Positions 11,936 through 25,450 of a stretch of 64,000 nucleotides of DNA are shown piece after piece. Where the stretch lies: the NCBI GenBank assembly GCA_030390025.1, contig CM059433.1, positions 28,584,001-28,648,000 of the forward strand, in the 5' to 3' direction. Numbering within the stretch: position 1 is the stretch's first letter; each line of letters begins with the position of its first letter. This stretch comes from Squalus acanthias (Eukaryota). The position numbers and the translations under genes were made by a program. Below the pieces are notes generated by a model that was not told where the DNA came from, made no database searches, and was given only the letters and a program-made list of their open reading frames with translations.

Positions 11936-12093
11936 GGGCCTAGAAATTCATCTCGGGCGGTGGCGCAGAATGGGCGGTATCGGATCGGCTGCCCGTTAGA
12001 CGCAGCGCCGGATATTCAGTTCCATTGCAGTCCCATGGCGGCCAATCCAATACCGCCCGTATTGTGCCACCGCCCTAGACAAATTACTAGGCC
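11936..12093. mobile_element. Palindromic Harbinger-type MITE
   Basis: GGCCTAGAAATT...AATTACTAGGCC ends; arms complementary throughout. Confidence 0.7.
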
Positions 12094-12124
12094 ATGAACT
12101 TTAACACCCTGCACCGGGCTACGC

Positions 12125-13650
12125 CCCTCCTGATCCTTCCCAGAACCCTCCTCCTGATCCTTCCTAGAGCGCCCTCCCGATCTTTCCCAGAACCCTCCTC
12201 TCGATCTTTCCCTGAGCGCCCTCCCGATCTTTCCCAGAACCCTCCTCCCGATCTTTCCCAGAAAGCCCTCCTGATCTTTCCCAGAGGGCCCTCCCGATCT
12301 TTCCCAGAGCGCCCTCCTGATCTTTCCCAGAACCCTCCTCTCGATCTTTCCCAGAGCACCCTCCCGATCTTTCCCAGAGCGCCCTCCCGATCTTTCCCAG
12401 AGCGCCCTCCCGATCTTTCCCAGACATCCTTCCGATCTTTCCCAGAGCACCCTCCCAATCTTTCCCAGAGCGCCCTCCCGATCTTTCCCAGAGCGCCCTC
12501 CTGATCTTTCCCAGAGCGCCCTCCCGATCTTTCCCAGAGCACCCTCCCGATCTTTCCCAGAACCCCCCTCCCGATCTTTCCCAGAGCGCCCTCCCGATCT
12601 TTCCCAGAGCGCCCTCCTGATCTTTCCCAGAACCCCCCTCCCGATCTTTCCCAGAGCGCCCTCCCGATCTTTCCCAGAGTGCCCTCCCGATCTTTCCCAG
12701 AGCGCCCTCCCGATCTTTCCCAGAGCGCCCTCCCGATCTTTCCCAGACATCCTTCCGATCTTTCCCAGAGCACCCTCCCAATCTTTCCCAGAGCGCCCTC
12801 CCGATCTTTCCCAGAGGGCCCTCCCGATCTTTCCCAGTGCACCCTCCCTATATTTCCCAGAGTGCCCTCCCGATCTTTCCCAGAGCGCCCTCCCGATCTT
12901 TCCCAGAGTGCCCTCCCGATCTTTCCCAGAGCGCCCTCCCGATCTTTCCCAGAGCGCCCTCCCGATCTTTCCCAGAGCGCCCTCCCGATCTTTCCCAGAA
13001 CCCCCCTCCCGATCTTTCCCAGAGCGCCCTCCCGATCTTTCCCAGAACCCCCCTCCCAATCTTTCCCAGAGCACCCTCCCGATCTTTCCCAGACATCCTC
13101 CCAATCTTTACCAGAACGCCCTCCCGATCTTTTCCAGAGCACCCTCCCGATCTTTCCCAGACATCCTCCCAATCTTTCCCAGAACGCCCTCCCGATCTTT
13201 TCCAGAGCGCCCTCCCGATCTTTTCCAGAGCGCCCTCCCGATCTTTCCCAGAGCGCCCTCCCGATCTTTCCCAGAGCGCCCTCCCGATCTTTCCCAGACA
13301 TCCTCCCAATCTTTCCCAGAACGCCCTCCCGATCTTTCCCAGAGCGCCCTCCCGATCTTTCCCAGAGCGCCCTCCCGATCTTTCCCAGAGCGCCCTCCCG
13401 ATCTTTCCCAGAGCGCCCTCCCGATCTTTCCCAGAGCGCCCTCCCGATCTTTCCCAGAGCGCCCTCCCTATCTTTCCCAGAGCGCCCTCCCTATCTTTCC
13501 CAGAGCGCCCTCCCGATCTTTCCCAGAACTCCCCTCCTGATCTTTCCCAGAACCCACCTCTTGATCTTTCCCAGAACCCCCTTCCTGATCTTTCCCAGAA
13601 CCCACCTCTTGATCTTTCCCAGAACTCCCCTCCCGATCTTTCCCAGACCG
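12125..13650. repeat. 23-bp minisatellite (AGAGCGCCCTCCCGATCTTTCCC)n, ~65 units
   Basis: Direct reading; 23-aa periodicity in the spurious ORFs. Confidence 0.97.
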
Positions 13651-14630
13651 CCCTCCTGTTCTAAGAGCAGAGAACACAGCCAAAGGTATTCTTCATGACA
13701 TTTTCATTACTGACTTCATTTTTCTCCACAAACTCAGATGTATCCTTCACCCCTTCAACAGACCTTTGCTATAGTGAAAACTGTTTTTTGGGGAAAAAAA
13801 TAATTAAATTCCTGGCGCACGCTTTACAGGCACCGCTATTTTGCCTTTCTCACCTAAGGAACTCAATTTGTACTTTAAGAAATTGCTGTGAGCCAACCCA
13901 AAGCATGTCTTTTTATTTCCCCAATGCCGAAATCAATTTGTTTTCTCCATTTTCTCATTTCTTCCCCAATTATCTTTTTTTTTTCCTGCCTTACACTATA
14001 TTATCGTGTATTTTCCAATCTTCTTCAATCAAATCGGTTCCTCGGTCCATATTTTTCTCTGGTTGTAAAGTTTAGTGAAAAAATGGATGCGAGTGAAAAG
14101 GGGAGCAGGGTGATTAGAAAAAAAAATCAATGGACTTTGCTTCCGTTTTTACTGCTTCTCCGAGTCTCATTATAGAATGATATTTCATTCGTTTCATGAC
14201 AGCAGTAATTTTCCTTAGTCATGACATGAAAATAATGTGGCCGATTTTCCTGATCTTTGCCCCCAGGGAATGCCTATTCCCTGGCGGAAACATTCAGGGA
14301 AAAGGGGCACTAGGCATAGGCAAAATGCGGTTTTCTCGGTCTACTACCAGATTTCCCTCAGGTGGTAGGGTCTGATGGGCTGAGGGTTGGAGGTGGGTGT
14401 GGGGGGGGGGGGGGGGTTGCCTGGTAGTAAGGCAAAGAGGATCCAAAGGTAGGCCACAGCGTTATGTTTTCCTCAGTGACCCACCAGATCTTTGGGTCTT
14501 CAAACCTTCTGACTGTTGTTGGAGAAATACACCCAGAAGGCCTCTCAGCTGATGGCCAGGCCTGCTGCTGTAGCCCTCTCAGGCCTGGAGTTATGCTCCT
14601 GTTTCTGGCCAGGAGGAGAAAGCCCATTCT

Positions 14631-15014
14631 TACGGTTGCCAGCCCTCCAGGATTGGCTTGGAGTCTCCAGGAATTAAAGATTAATCTTCAGGACGCTGCT
14701 GGGAGCAACACCCAGGATAAAAATCATAAGGGCAGTAAAAAAAAAATTGTGCTTTTAAAAAACAGTTCTTTGAACACTTTTGTTCATTAGTTATAAAAAT
14801 ATAGGACATGGCCAAAAACAGGATGTTTGACTGACAGTCAAGAATCATCCAATCAGGTAATGAAGTGTCTATTTGCTTTCCATTTGGCTGGGTAGGGAGT
14901 GCGATGTGAGAATGGCCGTGTCGGGTGACCAATGGCGGGAGTGTGGGGGCGGGGTGGTTGGAGGTCATGTGATGAAACCTCCAGGAATACGTCCAACCAG
15001 AGTTGGCAACCCTA
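14631..15014. mobile_element. hAT-type MITE (Blackjack-like termini)
   Basis: TIRs TAcGGTTGCCA / TGGCAACCCTA; degenerate 8-bp TSD CCCATTCT / TCCATGCT. Confidence 0.7.
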
Positions 15015-15204
15015 TCCATGCTTGGGGTGCAGCAGCCTAGCCCATTGGGGAAAGCTCAGCCCATATAGGCACAGTGCGCCTTCTGGGCAGGTGAACCGGA
15101 CCCAGTTTCTTAACAACCTGGTAGATTCCACAAGGAAATGAGAAAGGAAATCATTGCTGCTTTGGTGAATACACTTGTGTTGAATCAACTGCAGCTAGGG
15201 TGTT

Positions 15205-15595
15205 AACAGTGGCTCAGTGTGTAGAATTCTCGTTCTCCGTGTCAGAAGGTTGTGGGTTCAAGTCCCCACTCCAGAGATTTGAGCACAATAATCCAGCACT
15301 GTCGGAGGTGCCGTCGTTCAAATGAGATGTTAAACCGAGGCCCCGTCTGCCCTCACAGATGGATGTAAAAAGATCCCACGGCATATTTCGCAGGGGTATT
15401 GTCCAATATTTATCCCTCAATCAACATCACTAAAACAGGTTATCTGGTCATTATCACATTGCTGTCTGTGGGAGCTTGCTGTGTGCAAATTGGCTGCCAC
15501 GTTTCGTACATTACAACAGTGACCACACTTCAAAAGTACTTCACTGGCTGTAGAATGCTTTGGGATGTCCTGAGCTGGTGAAAGGCACAACATTT
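15205..15595 (+). mobile_element. DeuSINE (internal deletions)
   Basis: Head, core and tail present. Confidence 0.85.
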
Positions 15596-16409
15596 CCTTC
15601 CTTCCTCCCTCCGTCCGTTCCTTCCTGGTCCAGTTAAGACCAGAAGCTCGCCTTGTTGGAAATCACAACATACACCCATGTCCTAATCACCTGAGGATAT
15701 TTATTTGTAATTTAACGTACATTTGTATTCACTGAAAATGTCTAATTTGGTAAAGTTGTCGGTTTAATTTGATGTCTCTAGAAGTGGTTTTCTGTAATAT
15801 ATAGTGCACAAGAGAATCAAGTTTGCAAAAAAATAATCTAACTGGAGTTTTCTTTCCATCACTCTGCTCTGCAATCAATATCAAAATTGGTTGAAGACAT
15901 GCCATGGTGTCCAGCTAGATTTATTCTGTGGAGAAACAAGAACGGCTGAAGTTCAAGACTTTATGGAGATAAATGATGATATTCTTGTTCTAGTTATCAA
16001 CGACAGATCTCCCTCAAGTATAAGTACTGGTTTAAAAAAAATTGGTGTTAGTTTAAGTGCACGCTAATGCTACAGTAGACATTGTGGCCAGCCGTGAACT
16101 GCTGTAAACATGGAAAATGCATCATTAACATGTCAAAGTGCACTTAGTAACAGCTCTTGTGCTGAAATGTGTTGCACTGTATTCTCACAGACAGACATTC
16201 TTTCAATAATGGTTAGAGGTCAATAGGTAATGATTTAAAGCAAGGTCTTGATCTCCCAGGAGCCAACTACATGTAGCAATTCATAAGTCCAATTTAGGAT
16301 GCAAGACAAAATATGGACTGCTTGGATCTATCGTTGGCAAACTAGCTGCCAAATTTACAAGGTTATTGTCAATAATATCTTGCTGCAGAATAAAAGCACT
16401 GATTATAAA

Positions 16410-16754
16410 GTAAAAAGACTTGTATTTATATAACGTCTTTCACGACCACTGGATGTCCCAAAGCGCTTTACAGCCAATGAAGTACTTTTGAAGTGTTGTC
16501 ACTGTTGTAATGTAGCAGCCAATTTGCACACAGCAAGCTCCCACAAACAGCAATGTGATAATAACCAAATAATCTGTTTCTAGTGATGCTAGTTGAGGGA
16601 TAAGCATCCACTTGAGAGGACTTCGGTTTAACATCTCATCTGAAAGACAGCACCGCCGACAGTGCAGCACTCCCTCAGCACTGCACTGGAGTGTCAGCCT
16701 AGATCTTTGTGCTCAAGTCTCTGGAATGGGACTTGAACCCACAATCTTCTGACA

Positions 16755-16785
<31 letters not shown>

Positions 16786-16795
16786 GCTGACACTA
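16410..16795 (-). mobile_element. DeuSINE
   Basis: Reverse-complement match. Confidence 0.85.
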
Positions 16796-16802
16796 AAGCA
16801 AA

Positions 16803-17785
16803 CCTTGTCCTCACCTTCCACCCCACCAACCTTCATATTCAACGGATCACCTTCCGCCACCCCTATGTGATCCCACCACCAAAAACATCTTCCCCTCCCC
16901 TTTCTGCATTCTGAAGGGACCGTTCCCTCCGCGGCACCCTGGTCCACTCCTCTATCACCCCCAACACCCACTCCCCTTTCCACGGCACCTTCCCGTGCAA
17001 GCGCAGGAGATGCAACATCTGCCCTTTTACCTTCTCCCTTCCCACTGTCCAGGGCCCCAAACACTCCTTCCAGGTGAAACAGTGATTTACTTGTACTTCT
17101 TTCAAGTTAGTATACTGTTGTCCCTGCTCACGATGCGGTCTCCTCTACATTGGAGAGACCAAACGCAGATTGGATGACAGGTTTGCAGAACATGTCCATT
17201 CGGTCCGCAAGTGTGACCCCGAGCTTCCGGTCGCCTGTCACTTTAATTCTCTGGTCCACTCCTGCTCTGACCTTGTGTCCTCAGCCTCCTTTCTGTTTGT
17301 TTGTTTCTTTCTCCTACACTGTTCCAATGAAGCTCAACGTATGCTCGAGGAACAGCACCTCATCTTTTGATTAGGCACTTTACAGCTTTCCGGCCTCAAC
17401 ACTTAGTTCAAAAATTTCAGATCATAACCATTGCCCCCATTTTTTCAGACGGCAGCTGTTGCTGATGATTCTGATATTCCCATTGACACCTCTTCTAGAC
17501 CCATCTTTTACTTGTCCCATTACCATCTCCTTTTGCCCTGCACCATTAGCCCTTTTGTCAGTTAATCTCTCCTGCCTTCCACCCTATCGCAGACCTTCCC
17601 TTTTGTTCTTTCCTCCCCCTCCCCTCTTTCCCTGCCTCTGTACTTGCTTAAAACCTGTTATATCTCTAACCTTTTCCAGCTCTGGCGAAAGGTCATCGAG
17701 CTGCAACGTTGACTCTGTTTCTCTCTCCACAGATGCTGCCTGACCTGCTGAGTGTTTCCAGCATTTTCTGTTTTTATTTTCCATT
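16803..17785 (+). mobile_element. Penelope-like retroelement 3' part (decayed GIY-YIG endonuclease plus terminal repeat)
   Basis: GTFPCKRRRCNICP, VVYCCPCSRCGLLYIGETKRRLDDRFAEH, PVACHFNS, EEQHLIF*LGT..GLN; stops and frameshifts. Confidence 0.9.
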
Positions 17786-17904
17786 CCAACTATATTTGAA
17801 TCACTGAAAAATGGAGATGAAAACCTAATAATAAAAAAAACCTTACTCCCGACCTTCTGCCCAAAGCCTACTCCTTGCAATTTTTGAGCAGGCCTCAAAT
17901 TAGG

Positions 17905-18055
17905 AACATAGGAATTGCTGGACGGAAAAAGACCAAGGCCCATCTAGTTGGCCTTCGACCATCCTGGTAGTCACATGATGCAATGATAATGGAGTTGTTG
18001 ACTAATCATATTAAATCAATCTCTATCAATTAGTCTATAACAGAGCCAGACATGA
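17905..18055 (-). mobile_element. LINE 3' UTR fragment
   Basis: Reverse complement of 28630-28720. Confidence 0.55.
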
Positions 18056-18310
18056 GGCCACTATTCGAAGTAGAGCAGGGGAGTTCTCCCTGGTATCCTG
18101 GCCAAAATGTATCCCTCAACCAACATCACTGAAACAGATGATCCGGTCATTTTCACATTGCTGTTTGTGGGAGCTTGCTGTGCGCAATTTGGCTGCTGCA
18201 TTTCCTACACTACAACAGCGACTAGACTTTAAAAGTACTTCATTGGCTGTAAAGCGCTCTGGGACATCCTGAGGTCGTGAAAGGCGCCATATAAATTCAG
18301 ATTTTTCTTT
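18056..18310 (+). mobile_element. DeuSINE 3' half
   Basis: Core and tail. Confidence 0.85.
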
Positions 18311-18754
18311 GCAGCATAAGAATTCATTATTTGAAGAAGAAGGTTTTGAAAAGATACTCTTATATGTAGATAGACAGGCACAGAATGAGGCCATTTGATA
18401 AATATAAAGTATAAAATCGATAACTGTCAGCGAGTTTACATCTAGGAACATCGAACTTCTATAATCAAAATAAACATACAATGCAACATAAGTTTACAAG
18501 CGTTCTTACTTCTGACTCTCAGTGGCAGGGATTGATTCCTCTGCCACTTTGTGTTTCTTTTTGGTAAAGTACTGATGCCAAGTTCTCTCTTTTCCCCTTG
18601 TGGTTTTTCTCTCCACTAACTTTCAAGAGACTTCTCTTGTAATTTTTGCCCCTGCTGTTTCTAACACTGACTGTTGTCCCCCTCTTCCCCTGCAGCACTC
18701 TGTTACCTTTCCAACTAACACCCGCTTCAAAGTAATGCTTGTGTTCTTAAAAAA

Positions 18755-19340
18755 GAATGGAAGTTATGCTAAACCTTTATATAAATCACTGGTTAGGCCT
18801 CAGCTGGAGTATTGTGGCCAATTCTGGGCACCACACTTTAGAAAGGACAATGGAGAGGGTGCAGAGGGGATTTACTAGAATGGTACCAGGGATGAGGGAC
18901 TTCAGTTATGCGGAGCGACTGGAGAAGCTGGGGTTGTTCTCCTGAGAGCAGAGAAGGTTAAGGGGAGATTTGATAGAGGTGTTCAAAATTATGAAGGATT
19001 TTGATAGAGTAAATAAGGAGAAACAGTTTCCATTGGCAGGAAGGTCGGTAACCAGAGGACACAGATTTAAGATAATTGGCAAAAGAAACAGAGGGGGAGA
19101 TGAGAATTTTTAAAAACTCAGCGAGTTGTTATGATCTGGAATGTACTCCCTGTAAAGGTGGTAGAAGCAGATTCAATAGTAACTTTCAAAAGAGAATTGG
19201 ATAAATACTTGAAAAGGAAATTTTGCTGGGCTATGGGGAAAGAGCAGGGTGAGTGGGACTAATTGGATAGCTCTTTCTAAGAGCCGGCACAGGCACGATG
19301 GACTGAATGCCCTCCTTCTGTGCTGAAAGCTTCTGTGATT
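18755..19340 (+). mobile_element. CR1 3' fragment
   Basis: YKSLVRPQLEYCGQFWAPH...ERLEKLGLFS. Confidence 0.88.
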
Positions 19341-19469
19341 TAGGTTTATGCCAGAATAATTATTTTACTGCACAGCTCAGTTCTGGAGAAAAAAAACTTC
19401 ACATTTTATAGTAAAGTTTTTTAATCATTTTATTTTAAATGAGTGTGATAAATAGAAGCCTGTGTGAAG

Positions 19470-19800
19470 ATTTTTTAAAATTCGTTTATGGGATGTGGGC
19501 GTCGCTGGCAAGGCCAGCATTTATTGCCCATCCCTAGTTGCCCTTGAGAAGGTGGTGGTGAGCCGCCTTCTTGAACCGCTGCAGTCCGTGTGGTGAAGTT
19601 ACTCCCACAGTGCTGTTCGGGAGGGAGTTCCAGGATTTTGACCCAGCGACAATGAAGGATCGACGATATATTTCCAAGTCAGGATGGTGTGTGACTTGGA
19701 GGGGAACTTGGAGGTGGTGGTGTTCCCATGCGCCTGTTGCCCTTGTCCTTCGAGGTGGTAGAGGTCGCGAGTTTGGGAAGTGCTGTCGAAGAAGCCTAAG
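19470..19800 (-). mobile_element. CR1-group LINE 3' end (48630 family)
   Basis: RLLRQHFPNSRPLPPRRTRA...WNSLPNS. Confidence 0.85.
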
Positions 19801-20119
19801 TGTATGTAGGTGCGCACAGAAATATGACAAAATAAATCACAAGATCAACTGCAGTGTGAATCAGATAAAATGGTGTTGATAAATGTCTGTTAAATTATTG
19901 TTAATTGGAGTTCAGTGCCTCTGGGTTAGGGAGGTAGAATAAAATTTTACTATCATCCAAGGTTCCCACTCCTGATTGCTGTCACGTGACCCTTTGTTGG
20001 AAAGTACCTGTATGTGTGCTTTGGATAAAGGCCAGAACAGGTTTGATGGCTTCTATTGTAGATTAGCCCATTTGCTCACATCGCTCGCAGAGGAATGGGT
20101 ATCTGGGGAGGGACTGGAA

Positions 20120-20590
20120 CTGTTCACCAATGATACCAGGGCTAACAAGGTTAAATTATGAGGACAGGTTGCATAGACAACAAGGCTTATATTCTCTTGA
20201 GTATAGAAGATTAAGGGGGTGATCTAATTGAGGTGTTTAAGATGATTAAAGGAGTTGATAGGGTAGAGAGAAACTATTTCCTCTGTTGGGGGGAGTCCAG
20301 AAGAAGGGGGCATAGCCTTAAAATTAGAGGTAGGCTGTTCAGGAGTGATGTCAGGAAGCACTTCTTCACACAAAGGGTAGTGGAAATCTGGAACTCTGTC
20401 CAGAAAAGCTGTTGAGGCTTGTCAATTGAAAATTTCAAAACTGAGATTGGAAGATTTTTGTTAGGCAAGGGTATTAGGGGTTACGGAACCAAGGTGGGTA
20501 GATGGAGTTAAGATACAGATCAGCCATGATCTAACTGAATGGCGGAATGGGCTCGAGGGGCTGAATGGCTCTCTCCTGTTCCGATGTGAG
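20120..20590 (+). mobile_element. CR1 3' fragment
   Basis: HFFTQRVVEIWNS and 3' UTR. Confidence 0.85.
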
Positions 20591-21289
20591 TTAGCAGAGA
20601 AGGAGAAGAAGGGAATATACTGGAAGAAGGAAATTATTTTTTTAATTATAGAAATCCTTCATTATTTTGTCAGCTATACTCCATCTAAATATTGCTGCCG
20701 AGTAGAATGCTCACTGTGTAATGTTTAATCTATTTTTAAAATTCATTATTACCGAGGTATAATTACCAGTGAATCTCCTATGGCACTGCTCAATGTCAAA
20801 GTTTATGCTATTTTGTAAGTGCAGGAACGTAATAAATTGGTGAATTCCGTCCGCACCCTTCCCCCCCCCCCCCCACCCCCTCGCTGCCTTTGCAATGGTA
20901 GATGCCAGGGATGCAAATATGCTAAACGCAAAGGGCTGAGTTCTTCAATTCCGGTATGGAGGAGGGGGTGGTTCCAGTTCGGTGGGACGGTGGGCTTTGG
21001 GAGCCCATCTGTCCCAGTAAGCATTGACTCCAGCAAATCCTCTGGCAGTCTCCTGGTGGTATTTACACCACTGAAAGGTACCGTGCCTCAGGGCGGGAGA
21101 GGGGAATGGCTGCAGGAGGACACATAAGGTCGATGCTGGCAAAAGGTACAAAGATTTGACCTTTTCCGTTTTCAAATCTTCTGCCTTGCTTGGTGTATTC
21201 CAACATCCACCCCCTCAAATCGCTGCCTTCGCTATGATAGATGCCAGGAATGCAAAGTGTAAATGACAGGAGATCTATTCAATAATGTT

Positions 21290-22010
21290 GTCCCATTATG
21301 GGCTGGAGGAGCAGAGGGATCTGGGGGTACAGATACACAAATCACTAAAGTAGTGAAGCAGGTTAATAAAGCCATAAAAAAAGCAAACCATGTACTGGGG
21401 TTCATTTCTAGAGGTATATAACTGAAAAGCAGGGATGACATTTTAAACTTATATAGAACCTTAGTTAGACCACACTTGGGAGTACTGTGCACAGTTCTGG
21501 TCTCCATATTATAAAAAGGATATAGAGGCACTGGAGAAGGTGCAAAAAAGATTTACTAGGATGATACCAGAACTGAGAGGTTATACCTATCAGGAAAGAT
21601 TGAACAGGCTGGGGCTCTTTTCTCTAGAAAAGAGAAGGCTGAGGGGTGACCTGATCGACGTCTTTAAGATTATGAAGGGTAGACGTAGAGAAGATGTTTC
21701 CACTTGTGGGGGAGACCAAAACTAGGGGCCATAAATGCAAGATAGTCACAAATAAATCGAATGTGGAATTCAGGAGAAACTTCTTTACCCAGAGAGTGGT
21801 TAGAATGTGGAACTCGCTACCACAGGGAGTAGCATAGCATAGACCCATTTAAGGGGAGGCTAGATAAGGGACAAAAGAAAAGGATATGCTGATAGGGTTA
21901 GATGAAGAGGGGTGGGAGGAGGCTCATGTGGAGCATAAACACCGGCATGGACCTGTTGGGCAAAATGGCCTCTTCCTGTGCTGTAAATTCTGTGCAATTC
22001 TACGTAATTG
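21290..22010 (+). mobile_element. CR1 3' fragment
   Basis: QKRFTRMIPELRGYTYQERLNRLGLFSLEKRRLRGDL. Confidence 0.88.
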
Positions 22011-22854
22011 ACAGGAAATCCGTCACATGATGTTGTCCCATCCTTCACCTCTAATTTGAATATAGAAGCCCGAATATGGGTGGACGTATTCGATACCCAC
22101 AGTCAATACTCGGTGGGAAATCCTGCAAGTGCTAGCAGATATGAAGGAGACCCAGCGGAATGGCCTCTTGGACCACCTGCCACCCCATTGCCAGCCACAA
22201 CGGCATTAAACCTAATGCACCCTCTGCCAACACCGCTGTGAGTACAGCTGCAAAGGTGCATAGATTCCACGCAGCATCTCTCCTGCTTTTAATCTGCGAA
22301 GCACTCGGCCCGAGACAGATCAGTCATAATAGAGAGGCCACCACTTACATACTCCGCTTCCTTATCCTGAAGAACTAATTTAAATAATAATGAACACCAG
22401 GGAAGGTATGAGTGTGTCAGGGATTTAAGGCATGAGGTTGAAGGCAAATGTCAGAAGAATTACTAACATTGCAAAAAGCCTTCCACCCTCACAGCTTATT
22501 TTTGAATAATTTACATATAATCTACAGTATATTAAAAGTTATGTGTGCACACAACAGGAACGTTGGAGCTCCCCTGCCCCCGGGCTTCACGCCCCATCCT
22601 CCTACCGCGATCCCCTCCTGACCCCTCTTCTGACCACTTACCTTAGTGCCGGGGACCATTCCTCATGGTATAGAACGCTCTGGGCTCAGGTGGTGCCCTC
22701 CTGTTGCCCGATTCTAACGGCCGAGCAGCCGCTTCCTGCTAACCTGGTCGGGCAGTCAGTCAGCGGCATGTTAGTGACGCCCAGTTGGGCCTCCCCACTG
22801 CCGCTCCCGCATGGTCCGCTCGCCCGCTAGGGATTTAATATTGACCCTAAGGAG

Positions 22855-23900
22855 TCAGCATCCACATGTGTGCTGATGACACCCAGCTCTACCTCTTCAT
22901 GAGTCAGCAGTGGTTCAGTGGGGAGCACCCTCACCTCAGAGTCAGAAGTTTGTGGGTTCAAGTCCCACTTCAGAGACTTGAGCGCAAAATCTAGGCTGAC
23001 ACTTCCAGTGCAGTACCGAGGGAATGCTGCACTGTCGGAGGTACTGTTTTTTGGATGAGCCGTTAAACAGAGACCCCATTTTCTCTCTCAGGTGGATGTA
23101 AAAGATTTTATGGCACTATTTCGAAGAAAAGCAGTGCAGTTCTCCCCAGTGTCTTGGCCAATATTTATCCTTTAATCCACACCATTATCTGGTCATCATC
23201 ACATTGCTGTTTGTGGGAGCTTGCTGTGTGCAAATTGGCTGCCCCGTTTCCTACATCACAACAGTGACTACACTTCAAAAGCACTTTTGGATGTCCTGAG
23301 GTCGTGAAAGGCGCTGTATAAATGAAAGTCTTTTTTTCCATCATCTCTCTGGACCCCTTCACTGCCTTTGTGTTGTCTGACTGCTTATCCAGCATCCAAC
23401 CATGGATTATGCCACAGTTTCCTCCAGTCAAGCGTTGGGAAGACCAAAGCCATGATCCTTTGGTCCCCGCCACAAACTCCGTACTCTTGCCACAGATTCC
23501 ATCCTCTTCCCCGTCTACTGTCTCAGGCTGAACCAGACTGTTCGCAACCTCGGCGTCCTATTTGATGCTGAGCTGAGCTTCCGACCCCCAACATCACCAA
23601 AACCACCTACTTCCACCTCTGTATCATCACCCATCTCCACCTCTGCCCATCTCTGACATCAACTCTGCCGAAACTCTGCTACCCGTCTCCTATCTCACAC
23701 CAAATCCGGCTCACCCATCACTGCTGTCCCTGATGACCTATATTGGCTCCTGGTCCTTCCACCTCCAATTTAAAATCTCATCCTTATGTTGAGACCCCTT
23801 CATGGCCTTGTCGCTCCCTAGCTCTGTAACCTCCTCCAGCCTTATAAAGCCCTCCGTCTGCCGCAGAACTCTGTTCTTCCAACTCTGGCCTTATGCCAGG
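22855..23900 (+). mobile_element. L2 fragment interrupted by a DeuSINE
   Basis: CADDTQLYL at ~22870; VRNLGVLFD resumes after the SINE. Confidence 0.75.
22903..23337 (+). mobile_element. DeuSINE
   Basis: Head, core and tail. Confidence 0.85.
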
Positions 23901-23964
23901 ATATTCTTACTGAAATAAAAGGAGGCCTGTTTGAAAAATAAAGTAGAAATTGAAAAATAATTGC

Positions 23965-24060
23965 TGAATATTAGAAAATGCTCGAAACAAACAGCAAATC
24001 AATCACCATTTGAAAGAGAAGAATGGGCTAATGTTTTGTGTGGCTCATTCATCAGTACGC
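23965..24060 (-). mobile_element. Decayed Penelope-type terminal repeat
   Basis: Minus strand ctgatgaa...aaaacattagc...gagcattttct resembles 17680-17785. Confidence 0.4.
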
Positions 24061-25064
24061 AGTTGAGTTAGGCTGGAAGCATTAACCCAAGGGTATTTTT
24101 TTTGCAATGCAATGACAGCATCAACACGAAGCAGTTTCCACTTTACAGTGATGCATAACTGACAGTATAACTCCGACGTCAGGTTTTAGTGTCCCAGCCG
24201 AAAAACGGCACCTCTGACAGTGCAGCACTCCCTCAGTACTGCACTGGGAGTGTCAGCCTGGACTTTGTGCTCAGGTCTCCGGAGTGGGATTTTGAAAGTT
24301 GTTTCCAGTTTGTTTATGTGCTTGGGAGTGTATGTCCCTTTGTTACCATGCAGCAACTGCGGAAGAGTTTGTATTCAAGCAGTCAACATTCACAGCGAAA
24401 TGTGAGGTGCGGTATTAATAATCACTAACAGGTTGCAAACATTGTCTGAAGACTGTAAGCCAGGTCTGCTTAGAAGCACAGAATTCAGGCCCGTTCCTAC
24501 ACCAAAAAATGGTTTCATGCACTTCAATTTTTTTTTACTGATTGCCAAGTGTAATGAATTTATTTTCAATACAAGAAAATAAACTTTTTGGATAGAGTCA
24601 AAACAGCAACATAGGCTAGAAATTGTGTTAATCGCAGGTGACGGCTTAATGCATTCATAAGACATTCCTAAGTGTATTATTTTAATGAAGATGTCAGACT
24701 GTTTATTTTAATTGGAATAATGTCTCTGTTGAAAGACAGAAAAATGTCAAACGTTAAGTGTTCAACCACTATTATCACCAACAGTAGCTTCTAGCTTCAT
24801 GTTTTAAGATTTTAGATAGGCCCAGCAGGTTGTTCAGTATCTGACAAAGGAAAAGGAAGATTAGTCTGCAGGTGTAGCCCTCCATTAGAACTCAATTCTG
24901 ATGTTTTATTTTGATCATACTGACTGCTTCTTATCCCTTTTGTAACTATGTAAAGACAAAAATTCTTTATTTAAAATTGTTCAATTGTTAATCCCACAAT
25001 CCAAGAAATTCTGAGCCTGCCTCTGGGATGTCATGGGGTTTACGATTAGATACAGATGCAGATT

Positions 25065-25450
25065 TCAGCCGTGGCTCAGTGGGTAGCACTCTCGCCTCCG
25101 AGTCAGAAGGTTGTGGGTTCATAGCCCCAGTCCAGAGATTGAGCACATATCTAGGTCTGACACTTCAGTTCCGAACTGTCGGATGCGCCGTCTTTCAGAT
25201 GAGACATTAAACCGAGGCTCCGTCTGCTCTCTCAGGTGGACGTAAAAGATCCCACGGCACTATTTCGAAGAAGAGCACCTGGCCAATATTTATCTCTCAA
25301 TCAGCATCACTAAAAAAAACATTATCTGGTCACTGCTGTTTGTGGGAACTTGCTGTGTGCAATTTTGTGTTTCCTACATTACAACACTTCAAAAAAAAAT
25401 TCTCCCTTGGCTGTAAAACGCTTTGGGACAGCATGAAGTTGTGAAAACGT
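25065..25450 (+). mobile_element. DeuSINE
   Basis: Head, core and tail. Confidence 0.85.

Noticed and set aside
12125..13650. CRISPR-like array
   Set aside because: Head-to-tail repeats with no unique spacers, no cas genes, vertebrate context
12016..13698. Overlapping 130-400-aa ORFs on both strands
   Set aside because: Translations of the stop-free 23-bp minisatellite; same peptide in every frame
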